Shown piece after piece: positions 30,578-41,034 of a DNA stretch of 42,084 nucleotides. Each line of letters opens with the position of its first letter. The first letter of the stretch is position 1. This stretch comes from Emiliania huxleyi CCMP1516 (taxonomy: Eukaryota), in assembly GCF_000372725.1 (NCBI RefSeq), contig NW_005201191.1, positions 250,426 through 292,509 on the forward strand. The letters run 5' to 3'. The notes under the pieces are model-generated. The model was not told where the DNA came from and searched no databases. It was given only the letters and a program-made list of their open reading frames with translations. The position numbers and the translations under genes are program-made.

Positions 30578-30602
30578 TGGGGCGGAAACGCGCAGGCCCC
30601 CT

Positions 30603-31820
30603 ATGGCGCCGAAACTCGAGCCGTACGACGGCTCGTACGAATGCCTCGTGTGTGGCAATTCAGTCCGCCACGCACCTGCGCTGAAGTGCACCAGCTGCTC
30701 CGCAAACCCGTACCACGTCACCTGCGCGGACAAGTGCATCAAGTGGGCAACGACGTGCCCGCAGTGCGAGCAGCCTTCGGTGCAGCCATGGCCAGGGAAG
30801 GCCCAGATTCCGACCGAGCATGTCGTCAAGTTGGAGCCCGCGGACGAACCGGCGGCTGCGCATGCGGTGTCCGCGACGCGCGTGCAGCGCCAGGCCGACG
30901 AGACGGCGACCGAACGGAGGGTGCGGCCTCGCCGGGCTGCGGTCTTTTGTCTGGAGCCGGGTGCCCGTGTCCGCGCTAAGTTCAGAGAGGGCTGGGCGCT
31001 TGGTGTGATCGAGAAGCGGAGCGAGCGCACGTGGATGGTGAAGTATGACGATGGCGAGAGGAGAGATGACGTATCGGACTACTTGCTCAAGGAGCCAGCG
31101 CCAGCGCCAGTGGCTGAGGCACCGGCACCGGCACCGGCACCGGCACCTGTGCCGGTGCGGGTGCCGGCACCGATGCCGGTCCAGTCCACGAGAGGGGCAG
31201 CGATGAGCTCAGCATCCACCGCGGTGAAGATCGAGGGCAAGGAGCCGTTGCAGAGGTACCGAGGACGCCATTGCTTCCGGCGCGACTATGACATCTCCCC
31301 AACTGTGGGAGGCAACAAGCAAATGGCGCCGTTCGTCAAGGTGGCGGACTGGCCTGCAAAGGCTACGTCGAAGATGCTGAAGGGGCGCGTCTACATGGTC
31401 GAGGACGGAACGTGGAGTCCGGAACGGCCTGCTGCCGCTGGCGAGAACGGCATGGTGCGCGAATGGGGGGGCAAGATGGAGGAATTGGGACTAAATGACC
31501 GCCTGGATGGCCCAAACGCTGAGGTCTTCCCTCTCTTTTGCAAGCGTGAGCAGCAAGCGTGGGCAAGCGAGGCCTGGTACGAGTACTGCGGCGAGTACCG
31601 GTTGCTGCCGGGCGACCCCGATGCGACCATCTTCAAGGTTCCAGACACTCAGCAAAAGCAGGCGCTCAAAGCGAGGGGAGTGGAGGACACGTGGGTTGCC
31701 AATGAGATAAACTGGAAGCAGCGTACCGTGCAGTTTGTCAGCTACGATGAGGAGCTCTACAAGGTCCTGCTTGAGAACAAGACGAAGCGCGGCGCACTAC
31801 ACGACGGGCTGCTCGACTAG
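30603..31820 (+). CDS. PHD-finger + Tudor-like + DUF6697-like (putative SRA/PUA-like) protein, intronless
   Basis: C4HC3 pattern CLVC..CTSC...YHVTC...CPQC; Tudor-like LEPGARVRAKFREGWALGVI...WMVKYDDGE; C-terminal FPLFCKR...YEYCGEY...VQFVSYDEELYKVL. The upstream ATG at 30546 lies inside the MITE TIR, so 30603 is preferred. Confidence 0.75.
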   Translation: MAPKLEPYDGSYECLVCGNSVRHAPALKCTSCSANPYHVTCADKCIKWATTCPQCEQPSVQPWPGKAQIPTEHVVKLEPADEPAAAHAVSATRVQRQADETATERRVRPRRAAVFCLEPGARVRAKFREGWALGVIEKRSERTWMVKYDDGERRDDVSDYLLKEPAPAPVAEAPAPAPAPAPVPVRVPAPMPVQSTRGAAMSSASTAVKIEGKEPLQRYRGRHCFRRDYDISPTVGGNKQMAPFVKVADWPAKATSKMLKGRVYMVEDGTWSPERPAAAGENGMVREWGGKMEELGLNDRLDGPNAEVFPLFCKREQQAWASEAWYEYCGEYRLLPGDPDATIFKVPDTQQKQALKARGVEDTWVANEINWKQRTVQFVSYDEELYKVLLENKTKRGALHDGLLD

Positions 31821-32251
31821 ATATCCGTCGGCGTCGCGTGCGGCGTGGCACTCTTTTGGTTTGCATGCCCGACATGTCTATTTCCCAACATATGATATTA
31901 AACAGTGGTCAGTGCTTCGTACGTAACTCAGAAAAATAATTGGTCTCGCCTCTTCCCTCCCTTCACTGACGAAGTGAGTTTACGTTTCGCTCGAGACGTT
32001 TCGGAGTATCCGGCGAGCTGGCGCAGATATCGTTGCATCCGGCGAGCTGGCGGTGGCGCAGATATCGTTGGGGATGGGGGGTGGTCGCAACCCAAATTGC
32101 CACCCAAAAAAGAAAGAAAGAAAGAAAACGGACAACCCAAGGGAGGGCGCGAGGGCCACCCAAGGCACGAGCCTCCATATAGGTCTTTTTCTTATTTTCC
32201 CAGGGTGGCGTGGCAGACGGTGATCGGTGAACGAGCGAGCATGTTTTCGTT

Positions 32252-32308
32252 GAGCACTTGGAGCACTTGGAGTGCAGTCATCCGCACATCCAGGGCCGGG
32301 GAGCTAAG
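32252..32308 (-). repeat. short dispersed element with (CCAAGTGCT)n terminus, copy 2
   Basis: matches 29932-29991. Confidence 0.75.
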
Positions 32309-32309
32309 A

Positions 32310-32892
32310 AGCGCACCCAGCGGGCCGGATGATTGGCATCGGGTTGCGGGCAAGAGAGCCCTAGCCCCGGGGGTGCGCGTTCGCAGGGAAAGGGCCTTAA
32401 AGTAAACACAGGTCTCCGAGGGTTGGTTCCGTGTACCGGGTTTCCCCTTAACTTCAGAACGCCCCCTCTACTCGGAGCTAGTAGACATGACACTGTACAC
32501 CACTCACGTACACAGGTCCTCACTCAGCATCCCGTCTCAGGGTTCCTCCGCGCGATTTCCCGGGGCTCCGGTTCTCCCTGATTCGCTCTTTTATTCGCCA
32601 GCCGAGCGTCGCCTGACGGCCGCTGTAGCCGTTTCTGATGTCTCTTCTTTGGTCGAGGTCTCGCCTCCGCTTCACCTCCGACTGGTACTGCCGCCTCCGA
32701 GAGCGTCGACTGCCCTGCTGAAGTTTCCCCGGGCGAGGGCGGTGGCATTGGGTCGTGTCGCCTCCCCTCCCAGAGAGGTCGAGTCCGCTCTCCCTGGTCG
32801 GCGAATCGTGCCCGCACTCGCGGCCTCTCTATCGTCCCTGGCTCGTCCCCCCCCTCCGCCGGCTCCTCTCCAGGCTCGGGGAGGCGTGGCCC
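32310..32892 (-). mobile_element. truncated copy of the 21880-24110 element family
   Basis: inverted homology to 23473-24100, including CTAGCTCCGAGTAGAGGGGG and GTTAAGGGGAAACCCGGTAC. Confidence 0.7.
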
Positions 32893-33272
32893 GTTGACAT
32901 GTAAATTCTTATTTTCCCAGGACAAGCCGTAGGGTAAATTCCAGGTATACACGGGTTCTCCGCAAAATTCCCGGCATTTTGCCGATTTTGCCTAAAATTT
33001 GGCTGATTTTGGGCCCAAACCAGCCTCAGACTCGGCTCAGCGCCCGGCCCGGGGGCCAAAAATTTGACGATTTCCACGGAGTTTTCCCGGGAAAATAGAG
33101 AGGAAAAGAGAGGAAAGAAAAAAGGAAAGGCAAAAACAGACGGGGTGCGAGAGGCAAACCTGCTTTCTTTCCAGAGGCGGCCCTCTGGCGTTTATTTTCC
33201 GAGGTCAAGCCACGCCGTCTACGAGCCCACACGAGCCCACGCGTTCTGCTCCCGATCCAACGCCTGCTTACC

Positions 33273-36200
33273 ATGAGCGACCTCAAGCCGGAGAAGACGA
33301 TCGCCAAGAAGAAGGACAAGAAGGACAAGGCGGAGAAGAAGGCTGCCAAGCTTGCCAAGGCCGCCGCCGCCGCCGCCACAACAGACACCGCCGACAAGGC
33401 GGCGAAAAAGGAGAAGAAGGCGAAGAAGAAGGAGGACAAGGCGGACCGTAAGCGGCCGCGCGATGAGGAGGCGCACGTGCGCCGCTCTCCGCGCCTCGCA
33501 CCCGCGACTACTGCCGCCGCGCCAGCCGTTCCAGAGATGGCTCTCGCAGAGGCGGTGCCGTCCGCCGAGTCGGCAGACGCGTGGCGGGCAAAGCACCTGA
33601 TCGAGTCGTCCGAGGCGCTTCCCGACCCTGTGCGGGCCTTCTCCGACGCCCCCTTCGACACGCGCATCCTGCAGCAGTTCCAGAAGCTCGGGTGGACCGA
33701 GCCGTCGCCTGTCCAGGCGCAGGCCTGGCCGATAGCGATGGGCGGCAGGGACATCATCGCGGTGGCAAAGACGGGGAGCGGCAAGACGCTCGGCTTCCTG
33801 CTGCCCATCTTCCACCGCGTCCGCGACGAGCTCCCGCTCGATGCGATGACCGGCCCGCTCGCGGTCGTCCTCGCGCCGACGCGGGAGCTTGCGGTGCCTG
33901 CCGCCACCGCCACCGCCTCGCGCCTGCCGCCACTGCCACCGCCTCGCGCCTGCCGCTGCTGCCACCGCCTCGCGCCTGCCGCCACTGCTGCCACCGCCTC
34001 GCGCCTGCCGCCGCCACCGCCACCGCCTCGCGCCTGCCGCCACCGCCACCGCCTCGCGCCTGCCGCCGCCGCCGCCGCCTCCCGCCCGCCGCCGCCCGCA
34101 CGCCGCCCGCCCGCCGCCCACCCAGCCGCCCGCCCACCCAGCCGCCCGCCCGCCCACCCAGCCGCCCGCCCGCCCGCCCGCCCGCCCGCCCGCGCGGTGC
34201 CCGAGGCTCGAGGCTGAGGGGCGAGAGGCGTGGCGTACGTCAGGTGCAGATCCACGTCGAGGCGGAGAGGTTCGGCACGCCCGCCGGAGTCAAGGTTGCG
34301 TGCGTGTACGGCGGGACGCCTAAGGGGCCGCAGATCGGTGTGCTCAGCCGCGGCCGGCCGGCGGTCGTCGTCGCGACGCCGGGCCGCATCAACGACATCC
34401 TCGCGCTCGACTCGCCGCCAGTGACCGACCTGAAGGAGCGCGCCTCTCTCTAGAACCCGAGAGAACCCGACAGTACCCGACAGGACCCGAGAGGACCCGA
34501 GAGGACCCGAGAGGACCCGAGAGGACCCGAGAGGACCCGAGAGGACCCGAGAGGACCCGAGAGGACCCGAGAGGACCCGAGAGGACCCGAGAGGACCCGA
34601 CCTGAAGGCGACCGGCCGCCTCTCTTCTAGATGGGAGAGAGGCGCGAGACGCTCGGTGTCGTGCCACGGCTGCGGCACCGACGCGCTGTGCGTGTGTGGG
34701 CGAACGAGGAGAGGGGGAGACGGGCCACTCTGGAGATATGGGGAGATATGGGGAGATATGGAGAGACGGCCCACACACCGGAGCGACACACAGACACACA
34801 CAGCGCCGCTCACCGGCCGAACTGGCCGCGCCTCCACCCCCCGACTCGGCGGGCGGTGAGCGGCGCCCCTCTTCTCTGTTGACGGCGGTGTGGGGCTGAG
34901 CTAGGCGTGCCGCTTTCTCGTGCTCGACGAGGCCGACGAGATGTAGCCGAGATGCAGCCGAGATGCAGCCGAGATGCAGCCGAGATGCAGCCGGGAGACA
35001 GCCGAGATTGGCGAGGCGGCGCCGGAGGCTCGCCGAGGGTCGTCGTGAGTCGTCAGAATGCATTCTCTGCGAGAGTGGACTAGCTAGAGCTCGCACTAGA
35101 GGCCGTCCTCGCATTCGCCTTCCTGGGACCCAGCGCTGGCTTCTGACTGCCCTCGCTGTCTCTCCCTTCTCGACTGTCTGCGCTTGTGCGTCGTGGGTCC
35201 CGGGGGTTGTGTTTTTGGGTGCACTCATAGGCGGGCCGGGACGCTCGACGGGGTCTCCTCGAGTGAACGGAGATGTTAACCTCTCCCTCAATGAGCAGGC
35301 GGACCGGATGCTCGACATGGTCACAGCAGGAGGTGTGAAGAGACGCTGTTCACCGCCGGAGGTGTGAGCAGGCGGACCGGATGCTCGACATGGTCACAGC
35401 AGGAGGTGTGAAGAGACGCTGTTCACCGCCGGAGGTGTGAGCAGGCGGACCGGATGCTCGACGTGTTCACAGCAGGAGGTGTGAAGAGACGCTGTTCACC
35501 GCCGGAGGTGTGAGCAGGCGGACCGGATGCTCGACATGCTCACAGCAGGAGGTGTGAAGAGACGCTGTTCACCGCCGGAGGTGTGAGCAGGCGGACCGGA
35601 TGCTCGACATGGTCACAGCAGGAGGTGTGAAGAGACGCTGTTCACCGCCGGAGGTGTGAGCAGGCGGACCGGATGCTCGACATGCTCACAGCAGGAGGTG
35701 TGAAGAGACGCTGTTCACCGCCGGAGGTGTGAGCAGGCGGACCGGATGCTCGACATGCTCACAGCAGGAGGTGTGAAGAGACGCTGTTCACCGCAGGAGG
35801 TGTGAGCAGGCGGACCGGATGCTCGACATGTTCACAGCAGGAGGTGTGAAGAGACGCTGTTCACCGCCGGAGGTGTGAGCAGGCGGACCGGATGCTCGAC
35901 ATGTTCACAGCAGGAGGTGTGAAGAGACGCTGTTCACCGCCGGAGGTGTGAGCAGGCGGACCGGATGCTCGACATGTTCACAGCAGGAGGTGTGAAGAGA
36001 CGCTGTTCACCGCCGGAGGTGTGAGCAGGCGGACCGGATGCTCGACATGGTCACAGCAGGAGGTGTGAAGAGACGCTGTTCACCGCCGGAGGTGTGAGCA
36101 GGCGGACCGGATGCTCGACATGTTCACAGCAGGAGGTGTGAAGAGACGCTGTTCACCGCCGGAGGTGTGAGCAGGCGGACCGGATGCTCGACATGTTCAC

Positions 36201-39200
36201 AGCAGGAGGTGTGAAGAGACGCTGTTCACCGCCGGAGGTGTGAGCAGGCGGACCGGATGCTCGACATGGTCACAGCAGGAGGTGTGAAGAGACGCTGTTC
36301 ACCGCCGGAGGTGTGAGCAGGCGGACCGGATGCTCGACATGTTCACAGCAGGAGGTGTGAAGAGACGCTGTTCACCGCCGGAGGTGTGAGCAGGCCGACC
36401 GGATGCTCGACATGCTCACAGCAGGAGGTGTGAAGAGACGCTGTTCACCGCCGGAGGTGTGAGCAGGCGGACCGGATGCTCGACATGCTCACAGCAGGAG
36501 GTGTGAAGAGACGCTGTTCACCGCCGGAGGTGTGAGCAGGCGGACCGGATGCTCGACATGCTCACAGCAGGAGGTGTGAAGAGACGCTGTTCACCGCCGG
36601 AGGTGTGAGCAGGCGGACCGGATGCTCGACATGCTCACAGCAGGAGGTGTGAAGAGACGCTGTTCACCGCCGGAGGTGTGAGCAGGCGGACCGGATGCTC
36701 GACATGTTCACAGCAGGAGGTGTGAAGAGACGCTGTTCACAGCCGGAGGTGTGAGCAGGCGGACCGGATGCTCGACATGCTCACAGCAGGAGGTGTGAAG
36801 AGACGCTGTTCACCGCCGGAGGTGTGAGCAGGCGGACCGGATGCTCGACATGCTCACAGCAGGAGGTGTGAAGAGACGCTGTTCACCGCCGGAGGTGTGA
36901 GCAGGCGGACCGGATGCTCGACATGCTCACAGCAGGAGGTGTGAAGAGACGCTGTTCACAGCAGGAGGTGTGAGCAGGCGGACCGGATGCTCGACATGCT
37001 CACAGCAGGAGGTGTGAAGAGACGCTGTTCACCGCCGGAGGTGTGAGCAGGCGGACCGGATGCTCGACATGCTCACAGCAGGAGGTGTGAAGAGACGCTG
37101 TTCACCGCCGGAGGTGTGAGCAGGCGGACCGGATGCTCGACATGCTCACAGCAGGAGGTGTGAAGAGACGCTGTTCACAGCAGGAGGTGTGAGCAGGCGG
37201 ACCGGATGCTCGACATGGTCACAGCAGGAGGTGTGAAGAGACGCTGTTCACCGCCGGAGGTGTGAGCAGGCGGACCGGATGCTCGACATGTTCACAGCAG
37301 GAGGTGTGAAGAGACGCTGTTCACCGCCGGAGGTGTGAGCAGGCGGACCGGATGCTCGACATGTTCACAGCAGGAGGTGTGAAGAGACGCTGTTCACCGC
37401 CGGAGGTGTGAGCAGGCGGACCGGATGCTCGACATGGTCACAGCAGGAGGTGTGAAGAGACGCTGTTCACCGCCGGAGGTGTGAGCAGGCGGACCGGATG
37501 CTCGACATGCTCACAGCAGGAGGTGTGAAGAGACGCTGTTCACCGCCGGAGGTGTGAGCAGGCGGACCGGATGCTCGACATGTTCACAGCAGGAGGTGTG
37601 AAGAGACGCTGTTCACCCCCGGAGTGTGAGCAGGCGGACCGGATGCTCGACATGTTCACAGCAGGAGGTGTGAAGAGACGCTGTTCACCGCCGGAGGTGT
37701 GAGCAGGCGGACCGGATGCTCGACATGCTCACAGCAGGAGGTGTGAAGAGACGCTGTTCACCGCCGGAGGTGTGAGCAGGCGGACCGGATGCTCGACATG
37801 CTCACAGCAGGAGGTGTGAAGAGACGCTGTTCACCGCCGGAGGTGTGAGCAGGCGGACCGGATGCTCGACATGTTCACAGCAGGAGGTGTGAAGAGACGC
37901 TGTTCACCGCCGGAGGTGTGAGCAGGCGGACCGGATGCTCGACATGTTCACAGCAGGAGGTGTGAAGAGACGCTGTTCACCGCCGGAGGTGTGAGCAGGC
38001 GGACCGGATGCTCGACATGTTCACAGCAGGAGGTGTGAAGAGACGCTGTTCACCGCCGGAGGTGTGAGCAGGCGGACCGGATGCTCGACATGTTCACAGC
38101 AGGAGGTGTGAAGAGACGCTGTTCACAGCACGGAGGTGTGAGCAGGCGGACCGGATGCTCGACATGCTCACAGCAGGAGGTGTGAAGAGACGCTGTTCAC
38201 CGCCGGAGGTGTGAGCAGGCGGACCGGATGCTCGACATGTTCACAGCAGGAGGTGTGAAGAGACGCTGTTCACCGCCGGAGGTGTGAGCAGGCGGACCGG
38301 ATGCTCGACATGCTCACAGCAGGAGGTGTGAAGAGACGCTGTTCACCGCCGGAGGTGTGAGCAGGCGGACCGGATGCTCGACATGTTCACAGCAGGAGGT
38401 GTGAAGAGACGCTGTTCACCGCCGGAGGTGTGAGCAGGCGGACCGGATGCTCGACATGTTCACAGCAGGAGGTGTGAAGAGACGCTGTTCACCGCCGGAG
38501 GTGTGAGCAGGCGGACCGGATGCTCGACATGTTCACAGCAGGAGGTGTGAAGAGACGCTGTTCACAGCCGGAGGTGTGAGCAGGCGGACCGGATGCTCGA
38601 CATGCTCACAGCAGGAGGTGTGAAGAGACGCTGTTCACCGCCGGAGGTGTGAGCAGGCGGACCGGATGCTCGACATGTTCACAGCAGGAGGTGTGAAGAG
38701 ACGCTGTTCACCGCCGGAGGTGTGAGCAGGCGGACCGGATGCTCGACATGCTCACAGCAGGAGGTGTGAAGAGACGCTGTTCACCGCCGGAGGTGTGAGC
38801 AGGCGGACCGGATGCTCGACATGGGCTTCCAGCCGCAGATCGACTCGGTCCTCGCCCGCATCCCTCCGGGCAGGCAGAGCCCCTCTCTCCTCGCCCTCGC
38901 ACCACGCGGCCCCTCCCCGCGACCTTCTGCCGAGCCGCCCCCCCTCAGCCCCGCAGGCAGACCCTCCTCTTCACCGCCACGTGGCCAAAGGAGGTGCAGA
39001 GGCTGGCCGCCACCTACCTCCGCCCCGACGCGGCGATGCTCTTCATCGGCGGCGCCGAGCAGAAGCTGGTCGCCAACGCGGCCATCACGCAGACGTTTGA
39101 GCAGACCGACGAGGCAGCCGAGAGACCGCCGAGATGTAGCCGAGATACCGCCGAGACACCGCCGCGACACCGCCGAGATACCGCCGAGATGTGGCCGAGA

Positions 39201-39983
39201 TGCACACAGGCTGGACGAGGCCCGCGCTGCGTCGCGGCCCGCGGCGGCGCAGCACCTCCACGGCACGCCAAGTGCACGTGCATGGTGTACGTGCATGTCC
39301 GCGTCGGCAGGGCGCCACATCCACGTCCACGACGCGCCCGTGACTCGGCCACATCACGCTCCGCGACGCGTGTCGCGCAGGCGTCCAAGCCGGAGCGGCT
39401 GAGGCAGCTCGTCGCGGAGCTGCCGGCGGGCAGCCGCACGATTGTGTTTTGCAACACAAAGATCAAGTGCGAGAGCCTCGCGCGCGAGTTCCGCTCGGCG
39501 GGCACCTGCGCCATCCACGGCGACAAGGACCAGCAGCAGCGCGAGTACGCGCTGCAGCAGTTCACGCGCGGCCGCTGCCCGATGATGTTTGCGACGGACG
39601 TCGCCGCGCGCGGCCTCGACATCAAGGGCGTCACCAACGTGATCAACCTCGACATGCCGCAGGGCGACGACGGCGTCGAGTCGTACGTCCACCGCATCGG
39701 CCGCACGGGCCGCGCGGGCGCGACGGGCAAGTCGCACACGCTGTGGGTGGCGAAGACGGACCGCAAGACCGCGCCGCAGCTCACCCAGCTGCTCGCCGAC
39801 GCGAAGCAGGAGGTGCCCGACTTTTTGGCGGCGGCCGCCGCGTCGGCGGGCAAGGGCAGGGGCAAGGGCAAGGGCGGCAAGGGCGGCCGCAGCTGGGGCG
39901 GCCGGGGCGGCGGCAAGGGGGGCGGTGGCAAGGGCAAGGGGGGCGGCAAGGGCGGCAAGGGCGGCGGGTGGCGCCGGTGGTGA
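33273..39983 (+). CDS. DEAD-box RNA helicase (DDX5/Dbp2-Dbp3-like); exons 33273-33893, 34244-34435, 34905-34931, 38803-38873, 38957-39113, 39381-39983
   Basis: Q motif GWTEPSPVQAQAWP, AKTGSGKT, LAPTRELA|VQI, VYGG, ATPGR, FLVLDE|ADRMLDMGF, R|QTLLFTATWP, IHGDKDQ, ATDVAARGLDIK, YVHRIGRTGRAG; Lys-rich N-terminus and GK/RGG-rich C-terminus. Confidence 0.93.
34451..34600 (+). repeat. 10-bp tandem repeat (GAGGACCCGA) x~15, intronic
   Basis: directly visible; the first copies are degenerate. Confidence 0.95.
35299..38823 (+). repeat. 73-bp minisatellite, 48 units, intronic; contains 49 copies of the splice acceptor plus first 21 nt of exon 4
   Basis: unit GCGGACCGGATGCTCGACATG[G/C/T]TCACAGCAGGAGGTGTGAAGAGACGCTGTTCACCGCCGGAGGTGTGAGCAG; 38803-35299 = 3504 = 48 x 73. 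Confidence 0.97.
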
Positions 39984-40740
39984 TGCGTCGGCGCGAGGAG
40001 CGGCGTCGGGCCAGCACATGTTCGACGCGCCCCCAGTTGTGTGTTCGGCTCGACCAACTGGTGGTGAGCCGCGCTGCTATTATAGATTGGGAGTTTAGGC
40101 ATTGTGGGGTTTGCACGGGGGCCCATCAACGTCACTCAACGGGCAATACCATACGGGACGCCACGCCCACACGCCACGCCTCGGGTGTGAACTGTGATGT
40201 TGACACGTCATGCACGCGTTGTCCTGTGGACTCAAGAAGCCAGGCCGTGTCATAGCCGATCGGCGCCTACGGGAGAGCTACTAACAAAGGGAGGGGGGCT
40301 CCGGGAAAGCCTTTCGACGTAGTGGGGGAAATGGTGATTTTTGAATGAACGCCTCGCGCAAAACCACCGCTACCATGCCACAGAAGACCCTTGTGGGCTA
40401 TCCAAAACACCTAAGATCATGCCCTAGCTCTAAAGTGGGCCCGAGATACGCCAGCTAAACCCCGGATTTTTCCGGCAGCGATCACACATGGCCGGCTACC
40501 CAAGCGGGTTGCACGGAGACACGGGAAGGCTGCCGCAAGCCGCCTTCGGGTGCAGGGGGCCGGCGCGGTGGGCGGGGGCAACGGCCCGGTAGCTGGCCGC
40601 GCCTCTCCCCCCCGCCCGTCGCCGCTGCACCCCCCTTGCCGCGGCCCTCGTCGCTGCTGTAGCGACGACAGCCGCGGCACGAGGTCAGAACGCGGCCTCG
40701 GAGAGCTCGAGCGAAGGCGCCGACGGTGGCAGCCGTGGTT

Positions 40741-40918
40741 GATGTAGAGTTTGTTGTAGAGATTTCACGTTGTAGAGCGCCTCTACATCGCTCTACAGGC
40801 GACTCACATCGTCACGCGGCGGATGTAGAGCTCTACAGCTCTACAGCGCTCTCCAGCGCTCTACATCTCTACAGCTCTACAGCGCTCTACACTCTACATC
40901 CTCTACACCCTCCCTCAG
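40741..40918 (+). repeat. CTCTACA(G)-rich dispersed element, copy 2 (longer, with internal TGTAGAG/CTCTACA inverted motifs)
   Basis: terminus identical to 2375-2463, reversed. Confidence 0.85.
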
Positions 40919-41034
40919 TCTCGTCCACCTCGTCAAATCTCTCCCGCGCTGCGCGTCTCCATGACAGTTAGTTGGAAAGTGATATGACCGCGCCGCGGCG
41001 CGAAACACTCGCGATTGTTCACGGTGTCCGCGGC

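Noticed and set aside
32009..32070. Local duplication TCCGGCGAGCTGGCG...CAGATATCGTTG
   Set aside because: Two-copy slippage-type duplication in intergenic DNA with no further structure.
33026..34837. 603-aa minus-strand ORF with SGPLGSSRVL repeats
   Set aside because: Antisense to the DEAD-box gene; the peptide repeat is just the translated 10-bp intronic array.
35299..38823. CRISPR array
   Set aside because: Units are identical along their whole 73 nt with no unique spacers, there are no cas genes, and the context is a eukaryotic intron.
39210..39219. Possible 10-nt micro-exon (CAG|GCTGGACGAG|GC) in the last DEAD-box intron
   Set aside because: The protein aligns well without it (ITQTFEQTDE|ASKPERL). 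More likely another partial copy of the exon end, but unresolved without RNA data.
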